64,000 bases of DNA, from contig CADAKI010000003.1 of assembly GCA_902788485.1 (NCBI GenBank), forward strand, positions 5,032-69,031, in the 5' to 3' direction. Below, piece after piece: positions 29,154-38,663 of this stretch (positions within the stretch are counted from its first letter, which is position 1; the number at the start of each line of letters is the position of its first letter). The translations under genes were made by a program, and so were the position numbers. The notes under the pieces are model-generated. The model was given only the letters and a program-made list of their open reading frames with translations. It had not been told where the DNA came from and ran no database searches. The DNA is from an uncultured Pseudomonadota bacterium. Its GTDB lineage: Bacteria > Pseudomonadota > Alphaproteobacteria > Rs-D84.

Positions 29154-29510
29154 ATGAAACAGTTGACCGATAAAGATATTGCAGATATGGCGGGCGTCGA
29201 TTTCGTGCCGGATGCGGCCGGGATAAAATCTGTGCGCCGGGAATTGCATTTGGCGCGACGCATTCCGCATGACATGCCGGTGGCAGAACATGTTGTATTG
29301 GATTTTCATAACCACACCGAAGAGGAAGCGTGGCGTATGATTATGGCGGCGGCGCAATCAGGGGCAAGAACGGCAACCGTCATCACAGGCGCCAGTGGTA
29401 TATTAAAAGTCAAATTCCAAAATTGGGTGCAGGACAGTCTGATTTCCCCATATATCGTGCAATGTGCGCCATTAAATAACGGCAGTTTTTCTGTTAAATT
29501 CAAAAAGTAA
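29154..29510 (+). CDS. Smr-domain protein
   Basis: LDFHNHTEEEAWRMIMAAAQSGARTATVITGASG fits the Smr (MutS2 C-terminal-like) pattern LDLHG.t..eA......G.....vIhGkG. Confidence 0.7.
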   Translation: MKQLTDKDIADMAGVDFVPDAAGIKSVRRELHLARRIPHDMPVAEHVVLDFHNHTEEEAWRMIMAAAQSGARTATVITGASGILKVKFQNWVQDSLISPYIVQCAPLNNGSFSVKFKK

Positions 29511-29565
29511 TTGTTTGCATTGTGGTTTTTAATTTAATATGATTAATTGCAAAGGGAAATAAATT

Positions 29566-30999
29566 ATGTCATTGAAAGTTTATAATGTTTTAACCAGAAC
29601 CAAACAAGATTTCGTGCCATTGACACCGGGGGTTGTTAAAATGTACGCATGCGGAATCACTGTGTCGGGTGATGCACATGTGGGACATGCATATCAATCG
29701 GTGGTGTTTGATGTAATAACACGGTATTTACGATATCGTGGTTATGATGTGAAATATGTGCGCAACTATACCGATGTGGATGATAAAATTATCGCAAACG
29801 CGGCACGCGCCGGGGTTGACCCTATTGCGTTCGCAGAAAAATATATGCGTCAGACAGATGCCGAAATGGATGCATTGGGGAACGAACATCCAACCATTAT
29901 GGCACGCGCAACCGAGTGTATTGATGATATTATAAATTTTGTACAACGACTGATTGATTCTGGGCATGCGTATGTATCACCGTTTGGCGATGTGTATTTC
30001 AAATTGGACAGTTTTCCTGAATATGGTAAATTATCGCATATTAAAACCGATAAAAATGATTCTGGGGTGCGTAAAGATACCGAACCAGGCAAACAAAACG
30101 ATTTAGATTTTGCATTATGGAAATCGGCAAAACCTGGCGAAATCGCGTGGAAATCGCCGTGGGGCATGGGACGGCCGGGTTGGCATATTGAATGCAGTGC
30201 GATGAATTTAAAATACCTGGGGGAACAAATTGATATTCATGGTGGTGGACGCGATTTGGTTTTTCCACATCATGAAAACGAAATCACACAATCTGAATCA
30301 CTGACCGGGAAACAATTTGCAAAATATTGGATTCATTGCGGGTTGGTTAAAATTAATGGCCAGAAAATGAGTAAGTCTTTGGGCAACGGTATTTTGTTAA
30401 AAGATATTTTGGCAAAATATGATGCGGACACAATCCGATTTGCGTTGCTGCGAAACACATATGCCGCCGATATTGATATTACAGATAACTTGATGCCGGA
30501 ATCACGGCGCCAGGTTTATAAAATGTATTCAACAATGGCGGATTTACGCGGACGCGATTTTTCGGGCGCAGATAAAACAAAAACAGATGCAAAAATTGCC
30601 GAAATTCAATCTGAATTTGAACACGCGATGGATGATAATTTTAATACATTAGAAGTTATCGCGGCGGCGTTTGGTTGGTTTAATTTTATCAACGCGGAAT
30701 CTGTAAAAAAATCAACAGAATACGATTTGTCGCGTGTTGCTGATAAAATCCGCGAATTGTTCGGTGTGTTAAACATATTGCAACATGACCCGGCGGAATA
30801 TATCAATAATGTTAAATCTGATGCGTTAAAACAAAATGGTTTAAGTGCGGACGACATCGACGCGTATATATCTGAACGTGCGACGGCGAAACAAAACAAA
30901 GATTGGGCGACGGCGGATAAAATTCGCGCAGAATTGTTGGCAAAAAATATTGTGTTAAAAGACGGCATAAACGGCACAACATGGGATGTAAATATATAA
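29566..30999 (+). CDS. cysS: cysteine--tRNA ligase
   Basis: CGITVSGDAHVGHA (HIGH), KMSKSLGN (KMSKS) and GWHIECSAM. Confidence 0.96.
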   Translation: MSLKVYNVLTRTKQDFVPLTPGVVKMYACGITVSGDAHVGHAYQSVVFDVITRYLRYRGYDVKYVRNYTDVDDKIIANAARAGVDPIAFAEKYMRQTDAEMDALGNEHPTIMARATECIDDIINFVQRLIDSGHAYVSPFGDVYFKLDSFPEYGKLSHIKTDKNDSGVRKDTEPGKQNDLDFALWKSAKPGEIAWKSPWGMGRPGWHIECSAMNLKYLGEQIDIHGGGRDLVFPHHENEITQSESLTGKQFAKYWIHCGLVKINGQKMSKSLGNGILLKDILAKYDADTIRFALLRNTYAADIDITDNLMPESRRQVYKMYSTMADLRGRDFSGADKTKTDAKIAEIQSEFEHAMDDNFNTLEVIAAAFGWFNFINAESVKKSTEYDLSRVADKIRELFGVLNILQHDPAEYINNVKSDALKQNGLSADDIDAYISERATAKQNKDWATADKIRAELLAKNIVLKDGINGTTWDVNI

Positions 31000-31000
31000 C

Positions 31001-31927
31001 ATGAAAAAAATCAAAACTGTGTATGACCATATTCGGTCGAACAATATAAAAACCGCGATTTTGGTAATGATGTTTCCGATATCTTTTATCGCGTTGGTGT
31101 TTTTGTTTTGCTGGATTATTATGCCGGCGCGGGATGCGTTGAATACCACAATCCAGGTTGCAATTCCGACATTTATTGTGTGTATGGTGTGGATGATTAT
31201 ATCGTGGGCGTTTGGTGATTCTATGATGATGTCGGCGGCGGGTGCACAGCAAATTCATGACGACACGTCAGAACATAAAAAAATATTCCGTTTGGTCGAA
31301 AATGTTGCACTGGCGGCCGGGTTGCCAACACCACGGGTTTATATTATTCCCGATGACGGATTAAACGCGTTTGCCACGGGACGCACGCCCGCCGACGCAT
31401 CGGTGGCATTGACACGCGGAATTATAAACAAATTAAACGACGATGAATTACAGGGTGTCGTTGCGCATGAGATGTCGCACATTGGAAACCGCGACATACG
31501 ATTGGATATGTTGCTGATTACGGGTGTTGGGGTCACGGTGTTTGCGGCGGATATTTTGTCACGCATGGTTATATATGGCAATCACAGCCGTGATGACAAC
31601 GGTAAAAATAATACGGCGTTGGTGATGATGATGGTGTGGTTGGCGTTCACGGTATTTAATGTTATTGTGTCACCGTTATTACAGTTGGCTGTTTCGCGCA
31701 AACGCGAATTTGCGGCGGACGCATGTGGCGCACAAATCACGCGCAATCCGCGGGCATTGGCGTCGGCACTGCGCAAGATTTCGGGGCAAGCGGATGTAAA
31801 ATCATTGGCAAATTCAAAATCTATGGCGATTGCATGTATCGAGGCACCAGGCAAAGCGTTTATGTCTGATTTGTTTTCAACCCATCCATCCACAGATGAA
31901 CGCATTCGGCGGTTGGAATCAATGTAA
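31001..31927 (+). CDS. htpX: M48-family membrane protease HtpX
   Basis: HEMSHIGNRD zincin motif, TM helices and the C-terminal STHPSTDERI motif. Confidence 0.93.
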   Translation: MKKIKTVYDHIRSNNIKTAILVMMFPISFIALVFLFCWIIMPARDALNTTIQVAIPTFIVCMVWMIISWAFGDSMMMSAAGAQQIHDDTSEHKKIFRLVENVALAAGLPTPRVYIIPDDGLNAFATGRTPADASVALTRGIINKLNDDELQGVVAHEMSHIGNRDIRLDMLLITGVGVTVFAADILSRMVIYGNHSRDDNGKNNTALVMMMVWLAFTVFNVIVSPLLQLAVSRKREFAADACGAQITRNPRALASALRKISGQADVKSLANSKSMAIACIEAPGKAFMSDLFSTHPSTDERIRRLESM

Positions 31928-31941
31928 AAATAATTTAGCCG

Positions 31942-31970
31942 TTGATTTTTTATCGCATTTGTGATATAAT
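31942..31970 (+). promoter_or_regulatory. near-consensus sigma-70 promoter (TTGATT-17-TATAAT)
   Basis: Hexamers and spacing read from the sequence. Lies 15 nt after the htpX stop. Confidence 0.55.
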
Positions 31971-31979
31971 ACCACTATC

Positions 31980-32008
31980 AACCGGGCGGATTGTGCCCGG
32001 TTTTTTTA
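31980..32008 (+). terminator. intrinsic terminator 1 in the htpX / tail-fibre intergenic region
   Basis: accgggc-ggattgt-gcccggt hairpin followed by T7. Confidence 0.8.
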
Positions 32009-32041
32009 TTTTATCCCACGAAGCCCTGGCGGAGTGGAATT

Positions 32042-32075
32042 TGCCCCCTGCCCCCGCGGCGTGGGGCATTTTTTT
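32042..32075 (+). terminator. intrinsic terminator 2 in the leader of the tail-fibre-like gene
   Basis: tgcccc...ggggca stem with a GC-rich 15-nt loop, followed by T7. Confidence 0.65.
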
Positions 32076-32126
32076 ATAAAATCGCGGCTTTGCATCGGCA
32101 AAGACGGATAACAAAAAGGAGTTTTT

Positions 32127-33032
32127 ATGCAATCAGTATCTTACATGGGAAATGACGAAACAACCGAGTTTTACTTTAATTTTCCATATTTCGAAACCAG
32201 TAATATCGTGGTGACGGTGAACAATGCACCGGCGCCGACATATAACATCATCGGCACGCCCGGCGGCGAAAATGCAGATTTTCCATTTGTTGGTGGGCGC
32301 GTTGTGTTTGCCGTTGCCCCACATATCACAGACAGCATCACGATTTCGCGGCAACTGCCCATGCGCCGCATTGCAGATTATCAACCGTTTGCGAAAATAG
32401 AGCCAACAACACTGAATCAAGATTTGAATTATTTGATGGAGGTCATCAAAGACCGTAAAGATGAATTGGACGATTTAATCACAAAATATGCCGACATCGC
32501 CGACAAAGAATCGACGGCGACACTGTTGGCGCGTATCAGTGCGATTCATGACGAGATTGTTGCGATAGACGCGAAAATCACGGCGTTGGGCGATATCAGC
32601 ACTTTGCGAGATGATGTGACAACGAACAGCAACAACATCGCGACGAATACGGAAAATATCGCGACGAATACGGGCGATATTGCAAACCTGAAAGATGCGG
32701 CAAATTTTTCCGCAACGGGTCGCGCCGCAATTTCCCACATGGCGATGCCCAGTGCGAATTATGACGAATTGACATTGGGACCGTCGGGCACAACATACAC
32801 CGCCCCGGCGGACGGATGGTTTATGATTCATATGGAAAATTCCGGATTAGGCAATCATTGGGTGAATTTAAACTTGAACGGTGTGTTTATCGGTAATTAT
32901 TGGGCTCAAATTGCAAATAACAGTTTTGGTATTCCACCGATACCGTGTGGCCAAGGCGGAATATTGAAAATCGACTATGGTTCGGATATTAAAAACACAT
33001 CAAAAATTCGATTCATTTATGCAAACAGTTAA
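32127..33032 (+). CDS. phage tail-fibre-like protein (T7 gp17-type N-terminal domain, coiled coil, NIATNT repeats, C-terminal knob)
   Basis: N-terminus aligns by eye with recalled T7 gp17: Y..GN..T.F.F.FPYF....IVVTV..; ITISRQLPMRRIADYQPFAKIEPTTLNQDLNYLMEVIKDRKDE vs [43 protein letters not shown]. Repeats TNSNNIATNTENIATNTGDIANL. Strong SD. Confidence 0.6.
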   Translation: MQSVSYMGNDETTEFYFNFPYFETSNIVVTVNNAPAPTYNIIGTPGGENADFPFVGGRVVFAVAPHITDSITISRQLPMRRIADYQPFAKIEPTTLNQDLNYLMEVIKDRKDELDDLITKYADIADKESTATLLARISAIHDEIVAIDAKITALGDISTLRDDVTTNSNNIATNTENIATNTGDIANLKDAANFSATGRAAISHMAMPSANYDELTLGPSGTTYTAPADGWFMIHMENSGLGNHWVNLNLNGVFIGNYWAQIANNSFGIPPIPCGQGGILKIDYGSDIKNTSKIRFIYANS

Positions 33033-33064
33033 AAACAAAACGCCCAATCGGGCGTTTGTTTTAT
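33033..33064. terminator. bidirectional terminator (tail-fibre-like gene / polysaccharide operon)
   Basis: aacgcccaatcgggcgtt hairpin, identical to the one at 12943. Confidence 0.8.
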
Positions 33065-34239
33065 TTTTTATATAATAAAATTATATTTTTTATAAATTTA
33101 ATAACAAATATAACTATCGAAAAAATTAAATACACCGGTTGATATAGCCATTGGAAAATGTGTCCGATTGGCTGCAAAAAAAGTTTAATATGTGATTTAA
33201 TTTTTGAAAAATTCGTGTTTCGAACCGCCGTCAACAACCGTTGTTTTAATGTGTGTTTTACCCCAAAACAATGGTCTTGGGCGGCCGCCAAAATATCAGG
33301 TTGCACAATATCCAAAAACATTTTTTGCAATTTGTAATTTGATGGGATTGTGTATTCACATCTGATTATACTAAAACCATTTTCTTTGAACACGGACGCC
33401 AAAGGTTTTACATTATCATGGGTTAAAAACAATGTAGCATGTTCCAACAATCCACATCCGCCATTAAATTTTTTGAATAAAGCGAATTTATAATTATTCG
33501 CATCTGGAATTTTATTTAACATTTCATCTGCATTGATAACATTATATTTGTATTTTTTATGGTGCAGATAAATAAAACTGTGATACAAATCGATTTCAAA
33601 TACCGCAATATTGTGTTTGCCATATGCGTTTTTATAAACCGCGTCCACCATATCAAATGGAAGCCCGTGTTTTTGAAACATATCGGTTAAAATTTTATAG
33701 TCATAAAACCAAACAAAATTTTCCAAAAACCATAAATTTTGAATTTTGTCAGATTGTAAAATAAAACCAGTATTAGTTTTTACATCAACCACAAATGGGC
33801 TGATTATTCGTTTTTCAAGTCCAGAAACCGATATAAATGGTGCGTTAAAAAATTTATTAAATAATTCATTTATATTGCATTTATTTAATAATACCGATTC
33901 AGAATCCAACACCAAAAAACGATAATCCGCACCCAAATACAACATGGTGTAAAATTTTTTTAATGTTTGAAATGAAAACTTTTCATATTTTTTTAACAAT
34001 TCATCTGGTGTATATTTGATATTAAAATGCGCCAAGATATCTTCGAAAAATAATACCCGTATGTTCAAATCCGGAAATTTTGAAATTATTTTTTGAAAAC
34101 AGGCGGATTCACCCCGTGAAATCGTAAAACAAATTTCAAAATTATCACGCGGTGATGCGTTTAATTGAAAACTTTTCAAATAATCCGTGATATATTTGAA
34201 ATGCCCAGAAAAAGTTGGCGTTATAATACAATTTTTCAT
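33061..34239 (-). CDS. hypothetical protein, possibly a glycosyltransferase-like enzyme (392 aa)
   Basis: Last gene of a tightly packed minus-strand operon with sugar-activation genes. Very AT-rich and K/N/F/I/Y-rich. No motif I can name. Confidence 0.4.
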   Translation of the reverse strand: MKNCIITPTFSGHFKYITDYLKSFQLNASPRDNFEICFTISRGESACFQKIISKFPDLNIRVLFFEDILAHFNIKYTPDELLKKYEKFSFQTLKKFYTMLYLGADYRFLVLDSESVLLNKCNINELFNKFFNAPFISVSGLEKRIISPFVVDVKTNTGFILQSDKIQNLWFLENFVWFYDYKILTDMFQKHGLPFDMVDAVYKNAYGKHNIAVFEIDLYHSFIYLHHKKYKYNVINADEMLNKIPDANNYKFALFKKFNGGCGLLEHATLFLTHDNVKPLASVFKENGFSIIRCEYTIPSNYKLQKMFLDIVQPDILAAAQDHCFGVKHTLKQRLLTAVRNTNFSKIKSHIKLFLQPIGHIFQWLYQPVYLIFSIVIFVIKFIKNIILLYKK

Positions 34240-35198
34240 AACTCGTTCCTATTCTTGTAATAATAATATAACCTTTTAAAAAACATTCTAAAATTTGGCA
34301 GACCATAATAAAAAGATTTATATCTATCAAAACTGAACATTGTATAAAAAACATGTGGTGGAATTTTTCTATATTTTTTACACATCTGTAAATAATAATC
34401 TTTATTTAATAAAATTTGTGATTGTTTGTAATCCAATGTAATAAAGTTATCAACAATAAAATTTCTAGATCGTTTTAAATCAACATTTTTGTAACTTAAA
34501 CAATCCGGAAAATATAAATCAGAAAATTTCTTTTTTGCTAATTCTATTCCGAGATATTGTTCTGGCGGAAAACGCCACAATCTATGGTTTAACCAAGATA
34601 ATTCATATTTAGGTTCTTTGAAATATTGAGCAAACTTTTTAAAATTTTTAATAATTGGACATTTGAATAATAATTTTATATCATCAGCCAATCCAAAGTG
34701 CCACCAATCGGATATATGGTATGGTGTTGGATGCATTTTGTGTCGTTCTTTTTTTATCCCTTTTTCTCCTTCAATAGTGTACAATGATGATGTTAAAACT
34801 TTGTGTTTAAATAAAGAATATCTGGCATCACGATGCTTAAATTTATTAAAATATCTTAAAAAATTAGCACCTGTCAAAAGCATATCCGATCGCATTTTTA
34901 GAACATATTTTTTAGATGCCTTTTTTATTCCTGATTGAGTTGAAACCAAATATCTATTCAAATTATAATTTCTCTTGCCATCCGTAGTGTTAGGGTATGC
35001 GCCGGGATCTTTATTTAATACCAATTTATCATAATCTAAACCTGACACATCCGAACCATCCCAGGTTGATAAAATAATTTCGGCACCCGGCAAATGTTTG
35101 CGGATGGATTTTAAACATTGAGGTGTCAGATTTTTATCAATCGCGCCCTGGACAACGACAGAAATGTCTTGTGGGTCAATTATATTTTTTTTATGCAT
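34236..35198 (-). CDS. WavE-like lipopolysaccharide/polysaccharide biosynthesis protein (tentative)
   Basis: N-terminal ISVVVQGAI......L.SIRKHLPGAEIILSTWDG matches my recollection of the WavE family (PF07507). 4-nt overlap with the downstream gene. Confidence 0.45.
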   Translation of the reverse strand: MHKKNIIDPQDISVVVQGAIDKNLTPQCLKSIRKHLPGAEIILSTWDGSDVSGLDYDKLVLNKDPGAYPNTTDGKRNYNLNRYLVSTQSGIKKASKKYVLKMRSDMLLTGANFLRYFNKFKHRDARYSLFKHKVLTSSLYTIEGEKGIKKERHKMHPTPYHISDWWHFGLADDIKLLFKCPIIKNFKKFAQYFKEPKYELSWLNHRLWRFPPEQYLGIELAKKKFSDLYFPDCLSYKNVDLKRSRNFIVDNFITLDYKQSQILLNKDYYLQMCKKYRKIPPHVFYTMFSFDRYKSFYYGLPNFRMFFKRLYYYYKNRNEL

Positions 35199-35910
35199 TT
35201 AGATACTCCGTTAATTGTTGTGGGGTGCCAACGCATGCCCAATCTGATTTTTTTATATCAAATACACCGATTTTCAATCCTGATTTAATTGCCCAATTAT
35301 ACACATTGGACATATAGTATTCATTTTTCGCACGGTCGCCGTATATCATCATATTTATCGCACAACGCACAAAATCACGCCCATGCGCGAACAAATACAC
35401 GCCGGTTATCGCATGATTTGATATGGGGTCCTTTTCCGCAGTGCGAATCACAAATCCATCACTGTCTGTTTCGGCAAATGAAAAACATGGTTCGTTTGTG
35501 TTAAAGGTCAGCAACGAACCGTCCAGATTTCTGGTTTTTGCATCAGCAATAAAATTGCAAAATGCCGCGTTGTCAAAAAAATTGTCCGAATCTGCAAATA
35601 CAACCATGTCGTCGTTGTTTATCAATTCGTGTGCCGCCAATGCCGTGCAAGACGCGCCCTGGGTCAATTTTTCAACCGCCACAAAACGGACACCATATTT
35701 ACGCGCCAATAAATCCAATTTATCGCCATGTTCCGCCTGGAAAGCGCGCTGAATAATCAATGTGTATGTAGCATCTGGAATTTGTATTCCGTCCAACACA
35801 TGCTCTATCATCATTTTGCCGTTCACATCAATAAATGGTTTGGGCAAATCGTATCCGGCAACACTAAAACGCGAACCGGCACCCGCCATTGGTATTACAA
35901 TATTTATCAT
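35191..35910 (-). CDS. sugar-phosphate nucleotidyltransferase-fold protein (BcbE-like capsule biosynthesis)
   Basis: MINIVIPMAGAGSRF..GY.LPKPFIDVNGKMMIEHV is the NTP-transferase glycine-rich loop. GT-A/BcbE-like layout recalled from capsule loci. Confidence 0.65.
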   Translation of the reverse strand: MINIVIPMAGAGSRFSVAGYDLPKPFIDVNGKMMIEHVLDGIQIPDATYTLIIQRAFQAEHGDKLDLLARKYGVRFVAVEKLTQGASCTALAAHELINNDDMVVFADSDNFFDNAAFCNFIADAKTRNLDGSLLTFNTNEPCFSFAETDSDGFVIRTAEKDPISNHAITGVYLFAHGRDFVRCAINMMIYGDRAKNEYYMSNVYNWAIKSGLKIGVFDIKKSDWACVGTPQQLTEYLNA

Positions 35911-35911
35911 T

Positions 35912-36292
35912 TTATTTCGCCTTGGCCTGTTCAGTTAAAAATTCAGATGTCATGTCCGACCAATTATCATTAAAACGCACAACACGGTCGTCAATGGTTA
36001 TGTCGGCATTGGGTTTGCCAAAAAATATTTCATCGTAAACAATGCCGTGTTTGTCCAACCATTCCAATGTTATTAAACCAACATTTTTTAACGCCTTGCC
36101 CACATTATGACCGGTTGAGCCCATGTTGCGCGCGGTATTTATTACAATGGTATGACCCGCATCATGCAATTTTTTTATCATTTCCGCCGCGCCAGGTTTC
36201 ATTGCAACATCTGCGTATGTTTGTGGGTCGTGACGAATTTCACAAATCGTGCCGTCTAAATCAATGCAAATTCTTAATTTTTTATTTTCCAT
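35912..36292 (-). CDS. small HAD-superfamily phosphatase (capsule-biosynthesis BcbF/EcbF-like)
   Basis: RICIDLDGTICE (DxDGT motif I), INTAR (motif II) and GKP..DI.IDD (motifs III/IV). 126 aa. Confidence 0.7.
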   Translation of the reverse strand: MENKKLRICIDLDGTICEIRHDPQTYADVAMKPGAAEMIKKLHDAGHTIVINTARNMGSTGHNVGKALKNVGLITLEWLDKHGIVYDEIFFGKPNADITIDDRVVRFNDNWSDMTSEFLTEQAKAK

Positions 36293-37246
36293 TTATAACA
36301 CCTCGTTCAGTTTTTTAATTGCGATTAAATAAAATGCCTGTTGATGTGCGGGTTTGTCCGCGTGCAACGGTATCATTGTTAAAAACAATAATGATTCAAT
36401 GAATTTGATATCATTACTGTCAAATCCGTATTCTGTGGCAATACGGTCAAAAAATTGTTCGTATTTATCAACATCTATGCCTGTATCAATGTGAAACATA
36501 AATGAATTGTCGCCCAAACTTTTTAACTCAAATAAATCGCCGATAATAAAATCATACATACCAATAAAGCTGTGGCGCAGTTTTGCAATATCGTAACGCG
36601 GGTCGCCATATATGGATGTCTTGCCAAAACCACCACGCGGGTCAACCAAACGAAACGAATTGTTTCCCGGATTCATTAAAATATTCGAAAAGCAAAAATC
36701 ACCGTGAACAATTGTGCGGCGGTCGTACGCAATCAATTTATCAATCCAATTAAAAATATCGGTCTTCAAAGTCGGCAGATTGCGATATTTATGATTATTT
36801 ATTGTGATATCGTCGCCGGTCATCATATCCGCAATTACCGGATTAGATTCGCGCATTTTATCAATTCTTTCGGTGGTTTTTTCACGATAAATATATTCGT
36901 ATTCGGATTTATCTATTTCTGTCGTATGTGTTTCAAATGCGTGATGTATATCAAACAATTTGCGAATAATATTCGCCCATACATCAAAATCTGAACAACC
37001 GGTCAACCATAAAGACGCCAAATTTGGATATGGAAACAATTCCATAACAATACTGACATCATCATCGTTTTGAATCACATCGTGTAATTTTGGTGCGAAA
37101 CCCGCCAAATCAGACGGCAACGAACGATACCAGTTTGCCTCGTCCAGCAACTTTTGTTTCTTGACGGATGTTTTGGTTATGGTGCCACCGGATTCGTTCA
37201 CAGACATACGATTAAAATTACGCGATTCAAATTGATTGTATGCCAT
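36293..37246 (-). CDS. APH/choline-kinase-family phosphotransferase
   Basis: IVHGDFCFSNILMN (Brenner HxDxxxxN) and RLVDPRG (DxD-like Mg site). Confidence 0.75.
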   Translation of the reverse strand: MAYNQFESRNFNRMSVNESGGTITKTSVKKQKLLDEANWYRSLPSDLAGFAPKLHDVIQNDDDVSIVMELFPYPNLASLWLTGCSDFDVWANIIRKLFDIHHAFETHTTEIDKSEYEYIYREKTTERIDKMRESNPVIADMMTGDDITINNHKYRNLPTLKTDIFNWIDKLIAYDRRTIVHGDFCFSNILMNPGNNSFRLVDPRGGFGKTSIYGDPRYDIAKLRHSFIGMYDFIIGDLFELKSLGDNSFMFHIDTGIDVDKYEQFFDRIATEYGFDSNDIKFIESLLFLTMIPLHADKPAHQQAFYLIAIKKLNEVL

Positions 37247-37249
37247 ATT

Positions 37250-38191
37250 CTAACACCCCCTTGGTTGTGAATTGCCGATTGAAAAATGGATGGCAAACCT
37301 ATTAAAAAACTTTATATTTATGTCAATCACGGGTCCCAGACACATCAACAGACCGATAAATACCACGTCGCGGTGCGTGTGCAATGTTATGATGTCGCGC
37401 GACATCCTGAATTTTCGACGCGGACGCAGAATATAAAAATCAGACCCGTATTTATAATCAGCGCAACATATTGGTGTCGCACCCGCGGATATTATGTTTT
37501 TGATAAATAAACCTTCGGGTAATATGGATAATGTTTCGCCGTTTTTAATGTGTAATGTCATTTTTTTCATAACAGAATCAATCACATCGGGGCGCGCCCA
37601 AAAGAATATGTCAGATGCCCTGATTTGTTTGATATCATCGATTTGACCAACCAAATTGCCAACAAAATACAATGCGTTTTCATTTGTTATTGTGTCAATC
37701 AGGTTAAATTTTGTGTTCAAAAATACATCAGGACGAATAAACACAACCGCATCATATTTTATGCCGTGCGTGCGGGCATATTCATAGCGCAATTTATTCA
37801 CGGCGCCCATCGCGTGCCAAACGCATTTCAAACCAAATGATGAAAACGTGTTGCCCTCGTAATAATATAAATTCTTGTTGTCGTCAAATGGCGTGGGTTC
37901 AACAATAATTTGGTCATCAGATATGTGCAATAAACGTTTGATTTTTTCTTTATCAACAATTTTGTCCGCGCCACACCGAAAACCATGCCATGTTTTTGAA
38001 TTGTGGTCATACCTGTCCCATGTGTGCATAAAAATGTCACAATCGTACAAATCCAGCAAATTTTTGCGTAACGCACCCAGGCACCGCCGGAATGTCCGCA
38101 GGTTCCCGTAAAAACATACCGCAATGCGCGGCCTGGATTGTAATTGATGCGACAACATAAAAAATCCTGTGATTATGGGTTTTTGTTTCAA
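37250..38191 (-). CDS. hypothetical polysaccharide-locus protein (313 aa; start may be Met12 at 38158)
   Basis: First gene of the operon. RIAVCFYGNLRTF...DIFMHTWD loosely recalls the STWD segment of the WavE-like ORF. No firm family. Confidence 0.45.
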   Translation of the reverse strand: MKQKPIITGFFMLSHQLQSRPRIAVCFYGNLRTFRRCLGALRKNLLDLYDCDIFMHTWDRYDHNSKTWHGFRCGADKIVDKEKIKRLLHISDDQIIVEPTPFDDNKNLYYYEGNTFSSFGLKCVWHAMGAVNKLRYEYARTHGIKYDAVVFIRPDVFLNTKFNLIDTITNENALYFVGNLVGQIDDIKQIRASDIFFWARPDVIDSVMKKMTLHIKNGETLSILPEGLFIKNIISAGATPICCADYKYGSDFYILRPRRKFRMSRDIITLHTHRDVVFIGLLMCLGPVIDINIKFFNRFAIHFSIGNSQPRGC

Positions 38192-38372
38192 GTTTAGGAC
38201 AGTTATAACAAAAAATCAACCTATAAAATGTTATTATTTGGGGTTTTGGGGGCCTTTCGGCGCGGCCGCACGAATTCACAGGAAAAAATATGAAATTTGC
38301 AAAAAAATCCTTGCATTTGTCTTTTTTTTATGTCAGAATTGGTGCCGACCTGTTGAAAAACATATCAGTTTT

Positions 38373-38449
38373 GGAGACATAGCTCAGCTGGCTAGAGCAA
38401 CTGACTTTTAATCAGTGGGTCCAGGGTTCGAATCCCTGTGTCTCCACCA
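38373..38449 (+). tRNA. tRNA-Lys (anticodon UUU), CCA encoded
   Basis: Manual cloverleaf: acceptor GGAGACA/TGTCTCC, D arm GCTC/GAGC, anticodon arm ACTGA-CTTTTAA-TCAGT, T arm CAGGG-TTCGAAT-CCCTG, then A-CCA. Confidence 0.95.
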
Positions 38450-38457
38450 AAAATATA

Positions 38458-38486
38458 CCCCGCCATTTCGGCGGGGTGTGTTTTTT
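38458..38486 (+). terminator. intrinsic terminator after tRNA-Lys
   Basis: ccccgcc-atttc-ggcgggg hairpin followed by tgtgtttttt. Confidence 0.8.
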
Positions 38487-38663
38487 GTTATGTTCAAATT
38501 ACCCCGTCTTGCTCGCTAGCGTCTCGCAATCCACCCCTTCTTTGTGAAAGAAGGGGACGTCCGAGAACAACCTTTCACCACTTGAAATTTTGTCAAAAAG
38601 TATTATAATTATATGATGTGGGTAGAGGGGCGCATCGGATAACCACAACAAAAGGAGGCACAC

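Noticed and set aside
31928-38191. An intact prophage or GTA cluster around the tail-fibre-like gene.
   Set aside because: No capsid, portal, terminase, tail tube, baseplate, lysis or integrase genes are present. The neighbours are htpX on one side and sugar-metabolism genes on the other.
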